Shown here piece after piece: positions 27,465 through 40,570 of a stretch of DNA of 46,288 nt (positions are counted from its first letter, which is position 1; every line of letters starts with the position of its first letter). Source of the DNA: an uncultured Woeseiaceae bacterium (GTDB taxonomy: Bacteria; Pseudomonadota; Gammaproteobacteria; Steroidobacterales; Woeseiaceae); assembly GCA_964421805.1 (NCBI GenBank), contig CAYQZN010000001.1, forward strand, positions 1 through 46,288. The letters are read 5' to 3'. The notes beneath the pieces are model-generated. The model was not told the DNA's origin, did not search any database, and saw nothing but the letters and a program-made list of their open reading frames with translations. The position numbers were made by a program, and so were the translations under genes.

Positions 27465-27926
27465 TCACTGCACGAAGTACAGGGCCAGCGTCTCGGCCAC
27501 CAGGGCCGGTTTCTCCTCGCCCCTGATCTCCACGGTCACCTCGGACGTGGTCAGGATCTGGCCCGGCTTCTTCTCGTTCACATCCTTCAGCTTCACGTGC
27601 GCGCGCACCTCGCTGCCCACCTTCACCGGCTGCAGGAAACGGACCTTGTTCGAGCCGTAGTTGATGGCCATGGCGATGCCCTCCGGGATCACCCCGCACT
27701 GCCCGGTGAGATGAGGCAGCAGCGAGAGCGTCAGATAACCGTGCGCGATGGTCGTGCCGAACGGCGTCTGCGCCGCCTTCTCCTTGTCGACGTGGATGAA
27801 CTGGTGGTCGAGCGTGGCATCGGCGAAGGCGTCGATGCGCTCCTGCTCGATCGCGAGCCACTCCGACGGCGGCATGTCCCGATCGATGTAATCGGCGAGT
27901 CGGTCTTTGGACACTGTTTCCGGCAT
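27465..27926 (-). CDS. MaoC-family (R)-specific enoyl-CoA hydratase
   Basis: FADATLDHQFIHVD..TIAHGYLTLSL..INYGSNKVRF; GAGGAGAGG RBS. Confidence 0.92.
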   Translation of the reverse strand: MPETVSKDRLADYIDRDMPPSEWLAIEQERIDAFADATLDHQFIHVDKEKAAQTPFGTTIAHGYLTLSLLPHLTGQCGVIPEGIAMAINYGSNKVRFLQPVKVGSEVRAHVKLKDVNEKKPGQILTTSEVTVEIRGEEKPALVAETLALYFVQ

Positions 27927-28109
27927 GTCCCCTCTCCTCGTTCTGAGACTGGATATCGGCGGGCCGGCACGGTCCGCCACGGTCTTGCCGGGCGCCTCTT
28001 CTTCGTGCGCGAAGCCGCCTGGGCGCCTCGGCGGAGGCCAAGTGTACCCGAGATGCGGGCACGGACGCGCGGCGGCATCCGGCTCCGCGATTCCCTGCGC
28101 AGGCACCAA

Positions 28110-28147
28110 GCCATCAAAACGTCACGGCAGCGTAAGAGAATCTTCAA
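28110..28147 (+). promoter_or_regulatory. Pho-box-like 11-bp-period repeats upstream of PlcP-like gene
   Basis: GCCAT(28110), GTCAC(28121), GTAAG(28132), TTCAA(28143) at exact 11-bp spacing; degenerate matches to the GTCAT core. Confidence 0.45.
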
Positions 28148-28198
28148 CTTGCGTGACTATCTTCATGGCCATCTCGGAAGGCCGGCGGGGCAGACGAT

Positions 28199-28993
28199 AT
28201 GGAGAACGCAGAGGCACGGGTGCAGGCGGAAGCGGTCTGGCTCTCGGACACCCATCTCGGTACCCGCGGCTGCCGCGCGCGACAACTCCTCGACTTCCTG
28301 CGCTCTCTCGAGACACGCCAGCTCTTCCTGGTCGGCGACATCCTCGACTTCGAGGCGATGCGCAACACCGTCTACTGGCCGCCGGTGCACGGCGAGGTCC
28401 TGCACGAGATCATGCGGCTCTCCCGGGAAGGCACCCGCGTGATCTATATTCCCGGCAACCACGATGCCGAGCTGCGCCTGTTCGATGGCACGGATCATCA
28501 CCTGATCGAGATCCGCCGCCGTCATATTCACGAGACGCGTTGCGGGCGGCGGCTGCTGGTGACCCACGGCGACGAATTCGACCGCGATCTGCGGGTCGGC
28601 TCCATGAAAGAGCGCCTGGGCTCGGCCGCCTACCGCTGGCTGGTGGACATGGATGCCGGCCTGAACCGGGTGCGGCATCGCCTCGGTTACCGTCCCGTGC
28701 GCATGGCGAGTGCCATCAAGATGCGCATCAACGCGGCGCTGGACTACATCCACCGCTTCGAGAACACGGCCATCGACTACGTCCGGGCACAGGGCCTCGA
28801 CGGCATCGTCTGCGGCCACATCCACCGGCCGGCCGTGCGCCGGGCCGGCGGCGTCATCTACTGCAACGACGGTGACTGGGTCGAGCATTGCACCGCGCTG
28901 GTGGAGAACCGGGAAGGCCGTCTCGGACTCGTCTCCTGGGACGGTGAGGCCGAACCGCAACTCGGCCAGGTGGAACTCGGCGCTGTTGCCTGA
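28199..28993 (+). CDS. plcP: calcineurin-like metallophosphoesterase, PlcP-type phospholipase C (often annotated UDP-2,3-diacylglucosamine diphosphatase)
   Basis: SDTHLGTRGC, LVGDILD, YIPGNHD, HGDEFD, CGHIH, NDGDWVEHCTAL; clustered with PAP2 and GT4 genes. Confidence 0.72.
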   Translation: MENAEARVQAEAVWLSDTHLGTRGCRARQLLDFLRSLETRQLFLVGDILDFEAMRNTVYWPPVHGEVLHEIMRLSREGTRVIYIPGNHDAELRLFDGTDHHLIEIRRRHIHETRCGRRLLVTHGDEFDRDLRVGSMKERLGSAAYRWLVDMDAGLNRVRHRLGYRPVRMASAIKMRINAALDYIHRFENTAIDYVRAQGLDGIVCGHIHRPAVRRAGGVIYCNDGDWVEHCTALVENREGRLGLVSWDGEAEPQLGQVELGAVA

Positions 28994-29008
28994 GACGAGG
29001 ATCAGCCA

Positions 29009-29230
29009 GTGGAAGCCTCCCTGATCAGCATCACGATGGGCAATCGTATTCCTGACTACACCGCACTGTCGCGACATATCGACATGCTGCTGCACGCCGA
29101 CGAGCGCCTGATCGCCGCATTCTGGGACGATGCCCAGCCGGCAAGCGTCAATCTGGAGAATATCGCCTACTGGCTCGGTCAGTCGGCCGCGACAGCAATC
29201 GCGACAGAGGGCCGCAACGAGAGCCCGTGA
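29009..29230 (+). CDS. small hypothetical protein (73 aa)
   Basis: GAGGA RBS before GTG, 15 bp after plcP stop; fills the gap between convergent genes; no recognised motif. Confidence 0.4.
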   Translation: MEASLISITMGNRIPDYTALSRHIDMLLHADERLIAAFWDDAQPASVNLENIAYWLGQSAATAIATEGRNESP

Positions 29231-29252
29231 CCGATGAATCCAGCAGGCTCTC

Positions 29253-29798
29253 TCACCAGGGTATCGGCGGCAGGCGCAGGAACGCCAGACTGGCAGCGGC
29301 CAAAAGCAGCCCGACGGCGGCGCCCGCGAGCACGTCGGTGGGGTAGTGCAGACCCAGCACCACCCGCGAGGCGGCGACCAATAGCGCGAACGGCAGCATC
29401 GCCAGGCCGAGCACCGGCAGATAGACCAGGAAGAACGCCGAGAACAGCGCCGCGTGCAGCGTATGGCCCGAAGGGAAGCTGTAGCGGTCCAGGGGCGCCG
29501 TGCCACAGCGGATGTCCGCGAAGGTGATGAACGGTCTTTCCCGCACGAGCCTTTCTTTCAGGAACCGATAGAGCGCCACACCGGTCAGCGCCGTTACGCC
29601 CGTGTGCAGCACGGGTCCGGCGGCCTGCTCGCCCCCGATCAGGAGCATGACGCCGAGTCCTGCATACCAGGCAATGCCGTCACCCAGTCGGCTCACGGCA
29701 CGGAACAATGCCAGTATCGGAGTCCGCTCGCTGAGCCGGTTCACCTTGAGAGTGAATCCGATCTCGGCTGCCGCCACCTGCTCCCACATTGTCTGCAC
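29253..29798 (-). CDS. PAP2-family membrane phosphatase
   Basis: KERLVRERP, SFPSGH, SRVVLGLHYPTDV catalytic motifs. Confidence 0.92.
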   Translation of the reverse strand: MQTMWEQVAAAEIGFTLKVNRLSERTPILALFRAVSRLGDGIAWYAGLGVMLLIGGEQAAGPVLHTGVTALTGVALYRFLKERLVRERPFITFADIRCGTAPLDRYSFPSGHTLHAALFSAFFLVYLPVLGLAMLPFALLVAASRVVLGLHYPTDVLAGAAVGLLLAAASLAFLRLPPIPW

Positions 29799-29860
29799 GG
29801 AACCCTCTCCCGGGTCGCCCTGAAGCTGACGAGATTCTCGCCGGGCGACAAGTCAGGGAG

Positions 29861-29889
29861 GTGACAACTCGTTGAAAGATCGGTGACAC
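29861..29889 (-). promoter_or_regulatory. Pho box-like site (three 11-bp units) between divergent PAP2 and glycosyltransferase genes
   Basis: Minus strand GTGTCAC-cgat-CTTTCAA-cgag-TTGTCAC versus PhoB consensus CTGTCAT-N4-CTGTCAY. Confidence 0.65.
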
Positions 29890-29963
29890 GTTCCGCAACT
29901 CTGTCTCGCAATTTTCTCCGAACGGCAAGATTCCGGTAACAGTGCCGCACGAGACTGCCTGCC

Positions 29964-31013
29964 ATGCGCATCGCCATCATCACCGATGCCTGGCTGCCCC
30001 AGGTGAACGGTGTCGTCACAACGCTGGGCAGGACCCGCGACGAACTCATCCGCACCGGACACCGCGTGAAGATGCTGACACCGGCGGATCACCGGACGCT
30101 GCCCTGCCCCTCCTATCCGGAGATCCGCCTGTCCCTGCTGCCCTATCGTCGCCTCCGCAGGACGCTGGACGTCTTCCGACCCGACTGCATCCACATCGCC
30201 ACGGAGGGGCCGCTGGGTTTTGCGGCGAGGCGCTACTGCATCCGGCGCGGCCTCGCGTTCACGACCTCCTATCACACCCGCTTCCCGCAGTACGTACGTG
30301 AGCGCGCACCGATACCGGTCTCCTGGTTGTACGCCTGGCTCAGGCGCTTCCACCGGCCGGCGGCGGCCACCCTGGTGCCCACCCCTGCCGTCAGGGACGA
30401 ACTCGCCGCGCACCGATTCCGAGGGCTCCGCCTGTGGAGCCGCGGGGTGGACGTGGAGCTGTTCCGGCCGGAACCGAAGGCGCCGCTGACCGAGTCGCGC
30501 CCCATCTGCCTGTACATGGGCCGGGTCGCCGTGGAGAAGAACCTCGAGGCCTTCCTGCAACTCCGCCTGCCGGGCACGAAGTACGTGGTCGGCGACGGCC
30601 CCGACCGCGCCAGGCTGCGCTCCGAGTACCCCGACGCGGTCTTTACCGGCTATCGCTTCGGCCCGGACCTCGCCGCCCATCTCGCCGCCGCCGACGTGTT
30701 CGTCTTCCCCAGCCGCACGGATACGTTCGGTCTTGTGATGCTGGAGGCCATGGCCTGCGGCACGCCCGTAGCCGCCTATCCGGTGACCGGCCCGCTGGAC
30801 GTCGTCGAGCAGGGACGCTCCGGCATCCTGCACGAGGACCTCGGTATCGCGGTCCGGCGGGCACTTGCCCTGGACCGCCGGGCATGCCGCGAAGCCGCGC
30901 TGGGCAAGAGCTGGGCCCGCGCGACGGGACAATTCCTCGACCATCTCACGCCAATAGACGCCGCGCCGCGACCGGGAGGCGCACGGCTACTGTCGAGCGC
31001 CATCGATCCCTGA
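29964..31013 (+). CDS. GT4 glycosyltransferase (Agt-like glycolipid synthase)
   Basis: MRIAIITDAWLPQVNGVVTTL, HIATEGPLG, SYHTRFPQY, GRVAVEKN, FPSRTDTFGLVMLEAMACG. Confidence 0.88.
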   Translation: MRIAIITDAWLPQVNGVVTTLGRTRDELIRTGHRVKMLTPADHRTLPCPSYPEIRLSLLPYRRLRRTLDVFRPDCIHIATEGPLGFAARRYCIRRGLAFTTSYHTRFPQYVRERAPIPVSWLYAWLRRFHRPAAATLVPTPAVRDELAAHRFRGLRLWSRGVDVELFRPEPKAPLTESRPICLYMGRVAVEKNLEAFLQLRLPGTKYVVGDGPDRARLRSEYPDAVFTGYRFGPDLAAHLAAADVFVFPSRTDTFGLVMLEAMACGTPVAAYPVTGPLDVVEQGRSGILHEDLGIAVRRALALDRRACREAALGKSWARATGQFLDHLTPIDAAPRPGGARLLSSAIDP

Positions 31014-31072
31014 CCCGCGCACCGATCCTCGTGGCCGTTTGCATGCGCCCGCCGCCCGGGCACAATGCCGTC

Positions 31073-31594
31073 ATGACCATCACCGAAAGACGGCCGGGCG
31101 AAGCGCCGCAGGGCGGGGGCCGGGTCCTGACTGCCGTGCTCACGCTGGTGCTCGCCATCACGGGCCTGCTGCTCGCTTTCACCGCCATGATGGCGCTGTT
31201 CCTCGGTGCCAGCGGGCCCGGCATGCGCTCGTTGCTCGCGCTGACCGGCTGGCTGCTCCTGCCCACCGCCGTGCTGGCCCTGCTGTGTCTGCGCCTGCTG
31301 GAGCCGGACGGAGGCAGCCGCCTCTCCGCCTGCTGGGCCCGTCTGCCCGCCTGGCTGGTGCTGCTGATCGCGATGATGCTGCTGCTGGCCGTCCTCGCCG
31401 AACTCGCCATCTGGCTGGTGGAGTTCGCCGGCGGCGGCACGGTGGCGCTCGGTCACTACCTGCCGATCATGAGCGTGCTGATCTATTCGCTGGCGCTCAC
31501 CGCCGGCTATGCGGTCGTGGCGCCGGCAGGCGAAGGCGGCGAGCATCGGGGACCCGTGCGCCACACCGACCCGGTGCGGCGCGACCTCGACTGA
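31073..31594 (+). CDS. hypothetical four-TM membrane protein
   Basis: Four strongly hydrophobic segments; fills the gap between GT4 and glpK; start approximate. Confidence 0.65.
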   Translation: MTITERRPGEAPQGGGRVLTAVLTLVLAITGLLLAFTAMMALFLGASGPGMRSLLALTGWLLLPTAVLALLCLRLLEPDGGSRLSACWARLPAWLVLLIAMMLLLAVLAELAIWLVEFAGGGTVALGHYLPIMSVLIYSLALTAGYAVVAPAGEGGEHRGPVRHTDPVRRDLD

Positions 31595-31598
31595 GCGG

Positions 31599-33095
<1,497 letters not shown>

Positions 33096-33100
33096 GATGG

Positions 33101-33627
33101 TTACTGCTCCGTGGGGCTTTGCTCTGCCGTTGCCTGATGCTGCGGGCCGAGCGGATGGGGGACGCGCATGCGATGCCCGGCCTGCTCCGGCCAGGGGACA
33201 TCCGGGTGGCGCCGGGCGAATGCGTCCAGGCGGCCGAGCACGGCTTCGGGCCAGGGCGAGACGCGCCGGGAAGCGGTGTCGACGTGCAGGTTCATCCACT
33301 CGCAGGTGGCGGCGAGCCAGCCCTCGGCGGCGTGGTACATGCGCTGGAACTGGTGGATACGCTTTGCATCCCAGGCAAGGAGCTGGGCGGTGACCGCCAC
33401 CGGATCGCCCTCGCGCAGCTCCCGCAGGTAGCTCACGTGGCATTCCACGGCGAAAGTAGTGCCTCCGCTTTCCTCCCGGTAGGCGGCGTCGAGACCGAGG
33501 TCGTCCCAGAGCCCGTCGACGCCGTGGTCGAATATCAGCACGTACCAGGCCACGTTCATGTGGCCGTTATAGTCGATCCACTCCGGGCGGATCGCCTCCG
33601 TGTGCACGGTCACGCCGTCGAAGGCGC

Positions 33628-33631
<4 letters not shown>
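33101..33631 (-). CDS. hotdog-fold thioesterase family protein
   Basis: [26 protein letters not shown]; GTG overlaps the upstream stop (GTGA). Confidence 0.85.
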
Positions 33632-35601
<1,970 letters not shown>

Positions 35602-35778
35602 AGTCGCTCCGGCTCGGTTGCGCCCGTGCGGCGCGTCGGCCCGGGCATTGTAACGACACCCTCGGCGGGCCGTAAGGGACGCGCTGGCCGCAGCGGCGCG
35701 GCGCGCTTACCATCGACAGAGGAGTGGGGAAGAAATCACGGGAGCAACCATGGCTGGCAGCGTAGCCGGGAGAAGCAC

Positions 35779-36714
35779 ATGAGAGCAGTCGTCAACGCCC
35801 TCCTGATTCTGTTCATCGCCGCCGCGCTGGTGCTGGCATGGGCCTGGGAGCCGGATCGCAGCGTCGAGTCCCTGACCGAGCGCTACCGGGTCACCGGCTC
35901 GCAGTTCCTCGAACTCGACGGCATGGGCGCCCACGTCGCCGTCGAGGGCAGCGGGCCGGCGCTGGTGCTGCTGCACGGTACCGGCGCCTCCCTGCACACG
36001 TGGAACGGCTGGGTGGAGGCGCTGGCCGGCGACTTCCGCATCGTGCGCATGGATCTGCCGGGATTCGGGCTGACCGGCCCCCATCCCGCCGGCGACTACT
36101 CCATCGGCGCCTACGTGCAGTTCGTCGACGCCGTCACCCGGCGTCTCGGCATCGACGACTTCCACCTGGCCGGCAACTCGCTGGGCGGGCGCATCGCATG
36201 GAACTACGCGGCCGTCCATCCGGAGCGGGTGAACCGGCTGATACTCGTCGACGCATCGGGCTATCGGCTGCGCCGCACGCCCTCGCTGATCTTCCGGCTC
36301 GCGGCGTTGCCGGGCATCGGCGACGCGCTGGCGAAACTGACGCCGCGCGTCCTCTACCGCCGCAGCCTGGAGGAGGTCTACGCGGACGACAGTCTGGTGG
36401 ACGAGGCGCTGGTGGAGCGCTACTTCGAGCTGTCGCTGCGGGAAGGCAATCGGCAGGCGTTCCTGCAGCGGGTCCGTGCGGCGTCACGGTCCGCCCGCGA
36501 GGATCCGTCAGCCGCGCTGGCGCAGATCGGCGCGCCGACACTGGTGCAGTGGGGCGGACGGGACGAGTGGATACCGCCGGAGCACGGCCGGCGCTTCGCC
36601 GAGGACATCCCGGACGCGCGGCTGGTCCTGTACGACGATCTCGGCCACGTGCCCATGGAGGAGGCACCGGCACGGACGGCCCGGGATGCGCGGGGGTTCC
36701 TGCGGGAAGACTGA
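35779..36714 (+). CDS. alpha/beta hydrolase with N-terminal membrane anchor
   Basis: HGTG, DLPGFG, GNSLGG nucleophile elbow, WGGRD, GHVPMEE. Confidence 0.9.
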   Translation: MRAVVNALLILFIAAALVLAWAWEPDRSVESLTERYRVTGSQFLELDGMGAHVAVEGSGPALVLLHGTGASLHTWNGWVEALAGDFRIVRMDLPGFGLTGPHPAGDYSIGAYVQFVDAVTRRLGIDDFHLAGNSLGGRIAWNYAAVHPERVNRLILVDASGYRLRRTPSLIFRLAALPGIGDALAKLTPRVLYRRSLEEVYADDSLVDEALVERYFELSLREGNRQAFLQRVRAASRSAREDPSAALAQIGAPTLVQWGGRDEWIPPEHGRRFAEDIPDARLVLYDDLGHVPMEEAPARTARDARGFLRED

Positions 36715-36746
36715 GCCCCGGCCCCTTGGCGGGCCGCTGCCGCCGC

Positions 36747-36926
36747 CTAGCCCTTCGGACCGAACAGCGCCCAGAGGATGAGTCCGAGCACCGGCAATAC
36801 CAGGATGATTACGATCCAGAGCACCTTGCTGCCGGTGCTCGCCCGGCTGCCCAGGGTCTTCACGACCGCATAGACATCCAGAATCAGGATGATCAGGCCG
36901 AACAGACCGCCGATTTCCAGTCCCAT
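36747..36926 (-). CDS. 59-aa two-TM PLDc N-terminal-domain microprotein
   Basis: MGLEIGGLFGLIILILDVYAV..KVLWIVIILVLPVLGLILWALFGP; GGAGG RBS. Confidence 0.85.
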   Translation of the reverse strand: MGLEIGGLFGLIILILDVYAVVKTLGSRASTGSKVLWIVIILVLPVLGLILWALFGPKG

Positions 36927-37014
36927 CTCGGACCTCCCGTGAAGCATTGACCTGCACCGAGGATACACACCCGGCCGGTACCGCGCACGGCGCGGCGCGG
37001 CGTTGCCTGGCCCT

Positions 37015-37030
37015 CGCAATGCACTTGCCA
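37015..37030 (-). promoter_or_regulatory. possible sigma-54 -24/-12 promoter
   Basis: Minus strand TGGCAAGTGCATTGCG (GG-N10-GC), about 90 bp upstream of the microprotein ATG. Confidence 0.4.
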
Positions 37031-37127
37031 TGCTCCCCCATGCTCTTGCCGGGCCATTGCGGCGCCTCCGGTTCCCCCGCCGTTTGCTAGTATCCCCGAC
37101 CTTCGGAATACACGACGAGGCAGCGAC

Positions 37128-38450
37128 TTGACGCAAACGGTTCCGCAACCCGGCCCCGCGAGGGACGTCTACGACCTGCTGACCGGCGACGAGGATGCCC
37201 GCGTCTGCAAGGACATCCCCGATGCCGCCTGCCGGGAACAGCCGCGCAATTACCTGATCCACGTCGCTTCGCTGGTCGCGACCAAGACCGGCGACCGACT
37301 GGCCGGGCCGAAACTCGTGCTGGCCTGGCTCCTGACCAGCCTCGGCGCTCCGGCCTGGATGCTGGGCTGGCTGGTGCCCATCCGCGAATCGCTCGCACTG
37401 CTGCCCCAGCTGGTCGTCGCCCGTTACCTGCGTGCCGTGCCCGTGCGCAAGTGGTTCTGGGTGGGCGGCAGCGTACTGCAGGGCGTAGCGGTGATGCTCA
37501 TGGGTGTCGTCGCCCTGACACTGGAGGGCGCGACAGCAGGGTGGGCGATCCTGGGGCTGCTCACCCTGTTCAGCCTGGCGCGGGGCATCTGCTCGGTGGC
37601 CAGCAAGGACGTGCTCGGCAAGACCATCGCCAAGACCCGGCGCGGCTCGGTGACCGGCTACGCGGCCTCGGCCGCCGGCGCCGTGACGGTCGCCGTGGGC
37701 ATCGCGGCCATCGCGCTGGACCCCGGCAGCCAGGGCATCGGCTTCTTCGTCGCCGTCCTGTTCGCCGCCGGCGGCCTCTGGCTGCTGGCCGCCGCCATCT
37801 ACAGTTTCCTTGCCGAGTACGCCGGCGCCACGGAGGGCGGCGGCAATGCCCTCAGCGAGGCCATCCGCCAGCTCGGCCTCATCCGCCGCGACCGCGACCT
37901 GCGGGAATTCCTGATCACCCGCACGCTGCTGCTCTCCACCGCTCTGGCGGCCCCCTTCTACGTGAGCCTCGCGAACCAGAGCATGGAGAACACGCTGTCC
38001 GGGCTGGGCTCGCTGATGCTGGCCTCCGGCGCCGCCAGCTTCCTCAGCGCGCCGGTCTGGGGCCGGCTGTCGGACCGTTCCAGCCGGCTGGTGATGAAGC
38101 GCGCCGCGCTGCTCGCCGCGGCGGCCAGCCTGGCCACGGCCGCGCTGGCACTCGCGCCGGGAGTGCCGCTCGCGCCCGTCGCCTTCGCGGCCACCTACTT
38201 CGCCCTCAGCATCGCCCACGCCGGCGTGCGGCTGGGGCGCAAGACCCACCTCGTGGATATCGCCACGGCGGAGAACCGGGCGAGCTACGTCGCGGTCAGC
38301 AATACCGTGATCGGCGTGATGCTGCTGGCCGGCGGCATCTTCGGCGGCATCGCCACCCTCGTGGGCTCCGCCTGGACCCTGGTACTGCTGGCGGCGCTCT
38401 CGGTGGCCGCCGCCGCCTCGGCCCATCGGCTGAGCGAGGCGCAGCAGTGA
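37128..38450 (+). CDS. MFS-type permease
   Basis: About 12 hydrophobic segments, WGRLSDRSSR loop motif; TTG start after GAGG. Confidence 0.85.
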   Translation: MTQTVPQPGPARDVYDLLTGDEDARVCKDIPDAACREQPRNYLIHVASLVATKTGDRLAGPKLVLAWLLTSLGAPAWMLGWLVPIRESLALLPQLVVARYLRAVPVRKWFWVGGSVLQGVAVMLMGVVALTLEGATAGWAILGLLTLFSLARGICSVASKDVLGKTIAKTRRGSVTGYAASAAGAVTVAVGIAAIALDPGSQGIGFFVAVLFAAGGLWLLAAAIYSFLAEYAGATEGGGNALSEAIRQLGLIRRDRDLREFLITRTLLLSTALAAPFYVSLANQSMENTLSGLGSLMLASGAASFLSAPVWGRLSDRSSRLVMKRAALLAAAASLATAALALAPGVPLAPVAFAATYFALSIAHAGVRLGRKTHLVDIATAENRASYVAVSNTVIGVMLLAGGIFGGIATLVGSAWTLVLLAALSVAAAASAHRLSEAQQ

Positions 38451-38466
38451 CCCGCCGGCGCGGCCG

Positions 38467-39606
38467 CTAGAGCCAGCGCTTGCGGCGGAAGTAGATGAGC
38501 ATGCCGGCGACGATCCCGAGCATCACCAGCCACAGCAGCGGATAGCCGTAGCGCAGACCGAGCTCCGGCATGTTCCAGGGGCTCGCCTGCGTATCGAAAT
38601 TCATGCCGTAGACGCCGACCACGAATGAGAGCGGGATGAACACGGTGGCGATGATGGTGAGCACCTTCATCACGTCGTTCATGCGGTTGGAGAGGCTGGA
38701 CAGGTACACCTCCAGCAGACTGGAGGCCATTTCCCGGTAGCTCTCCACCAGGTCGAGCGCATGCACCGTGTGGTCGTAGCAGTCACGCAGATACGGGTGG
38801 GTCTCCGCCGCCAGCATGTGATGCTCGTCCCGCACCAGAGAATTCAGGGCATCGCGCTGGGGCCACAGGCTCCTCCGCATGACGACCAGCTCGCGCTTCA
38901 GGCGGTGGATCTCGTCCAGCGCCTGCCGGCTGGGATCGTCGAAGACCGTCAGCTCCAGCGTCTCGATGCGCTCGCCCAGTGCCTCCATGACCGGGAAGGT
39001 GAGATCCACCGCGGTGTCGATCAGCGCATAGAACAGGTAGTCCGCACCGCGCTCCCGGATCCGCGCCGCCGGTTGGCGCAGCCGGTGGCGCACGGGCTCG
39101 AACGGATCGGCGTGCCCGGGGTGGAAACTCACCACCCAGGTGTCGCCGAGGAACAGGCTGAGCTGGGTGGGCGCCACGCCCTCGGGCCCGTGTTCCGGCG
39201 CGCCGACGATGGCGAAGAGCTGCTCTTCGTAGGCCTCCACCTTGGGCCGCTGCCCCGTATGCAGAACATCTTCGAGCGCCAGCGGATGCAGGCCGTAGGC
39301 GTCGCCGATGGCCCGCAGCAGCTCTTCCGACGGCGTGCCCTGCACATGCAGCCAGGTCGTGCGCGCGCTGTCGAAATACCGGCCGGCCTCCTCCAGGCTG
39401 CAGTCAGCCTCCTCGATCAGCTGCTCACCGTCGAAATCGGTCAGGCTCAGTGCAATAGGGACGCGTTCCGCGTCGGGCGGCGCCGTAAGGTCGCCGGGCG
39501 CCGTGCCGGGGCGGGTATAGCGGCCGGGGAACAGGTGCAGGGAGTGGCGCCGGGTCAGGTAGTGCCGGGCGCGCGGTTTCTCGCTCGAATTCGTGGGCTG
39601 CATCAT
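38467..39606 (-). CDS. corA: magnesium/cobalt transporter CorA
   Basis: LHPLALED, QRPKVE, YLRDCYDH, MNDVMKVLT, YGMNF and MPEL signatures. Confidence 0.95.
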   Translation of the reverse strand: MMQPTNSSEKPRARHYLTRRHSLHLFPGRYTRPGTAPGDLTAPPDAERVPIALSLTDFDGEQLIEEADCSLEEAGRYFDSARTTWLHVQGTPSEELLRAIGDAYGLHPLALEDVLHTGQRPKVEAYEEQLFAIVGAPEHGPEGVAPTQLSLFLGDTWVVSFHPGHADPFEPVRHRLRQPAARIRERGADYLFYALIDTAVDLTFPVMEALGERIETLELTVFDDPSRQALDEIHRLKRELVVMRRSLWPQRDALNSLVRDEHHMLAAETHPYLRDCYDHTVHALDLVESYREMASSLLEVYLSSLSNRMNDVMKVLTIIATVFIPLSFVVGVYGMNFDTQASPWNMPELGLRYGYPLLWLVMLGIVAGMLIYFRRKRWL

Positions 39607-39739
39607 GGACTCGAGCCTGCCTGAAGATGGATACTGTGCCGTTTATCGCAGTGTATCCGCTCGCACGCCATTATGTCGCGTGGCCGGCACCACGATCCGG
39701 GCAGACGGGTGACCGCCGCTCAGCCACTGGACGAACACC

Positions 39740-40570
39740 ATGGATGAGTACCGCAGAGTTCTGATAGACGCCTGCCGCCGCCTGTTGCGACCTATCGCGC
39801 GCATCATGCTGCGCGGCGGCATGACGTGGCGGGAATTCGCCGACATCAGCAAGTCCGTCTTCGTGCAGGTGGCCACCAGCGATTACGGCATCGGCGGCCG
39901 CCCCACCAACGTCTCGCGCACCTCCATCCTGACCGGCCTCACGCGCCGCGAGGTGAAGCGCCAGCGGGAACTGCTGGCCGATCAGCTGGACGAATCCCTG
40001 ACCCGCAAGACCAACAACGCCACCCGGGTGCTCGCCCGCTGGCACCAGGATCCGGACTTCTCCGACGGGCAGGGCAATGCCCGGGAACTCGGCTATGAGG
40101 ACGGCGACCACAGCTTCACCGAACTGCTGCGACGTTATGCCGGCGACATCCCGCCGAAGGCCATGCTGAAGGAGCTGCTGACGACGGGCGCCGTCGAAGA
40201 GGTCGCGGGCGGACGACTCAGGGCCGTGCACCGCTATTACATGCCGGCCGCGACGGATACCGAGACCCTGCGCCGGGCCGGCGAGGTGCTGGAGGACGTG
40301 GGCAGGACGGTCAACCACAATCTCGGGCGCGGACCGGACGAGCCGTCCCGCTTCGAGGGCCGTGCCACCGCGCTGCAGGTGCCCCGCTCCGCCGTCCCCG
40401 AACTGCAGGCGCTGCTGGAGGACAAGGGCGAGGAATTCCTCTACATGATCGACGACTGGCTGGCCGAGCGGGAGCGCCAGGCAGGCAGGGAAGAGACGGA
40501 CACGGTGCGCCTCGGCATCGGCCTCTATTTCATCCAGGGCCCGCAGACCACGGAAGAAAGCGATGAGTGA
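39740..40570 (+). CDS. DUF6502-like protein (putative HTH/winged-helix regulator)
   Basis: LLRPIARIML, FVQVA, TNVSRTSILTGLTRREV, RVLARWHQD, SFTELLRRYAGDIP, RLGIGLYF; family recalled from motif pattern. Confidence 0.7.
   Translation: MDEYRRVLIDACRRLLRPIARIMLRGGMTWREFADISKSVFVQVATSDYGIGGRPTNVSRTSILTGLTRREVKRQRELLADQLDESLTRKTNNATRVLARWHQDPDFSDGQGNARELGYEDGDHSFTELLRRYAGDIPPKAMLKELLTTGAVEEVAGGRLRAVHRYYMPAATDTETLRRAGEVLEDVGRTVNHNLGRGPDEPSRFEGRATALQVPRSAVPELQALLEDKGEEFLYMIDDWLAERERQAGREETDTVRLGIGLYFIQGPQTTEESDE

Noticed and set aside
28199-28993. LpxH of lipid A synthesis
   Set aside because: GNHD (not GNRD) motif, NDGDWVE tail and PAP2/GT4/Pho-box context fit PlcP better; not excluded without a phylogeny
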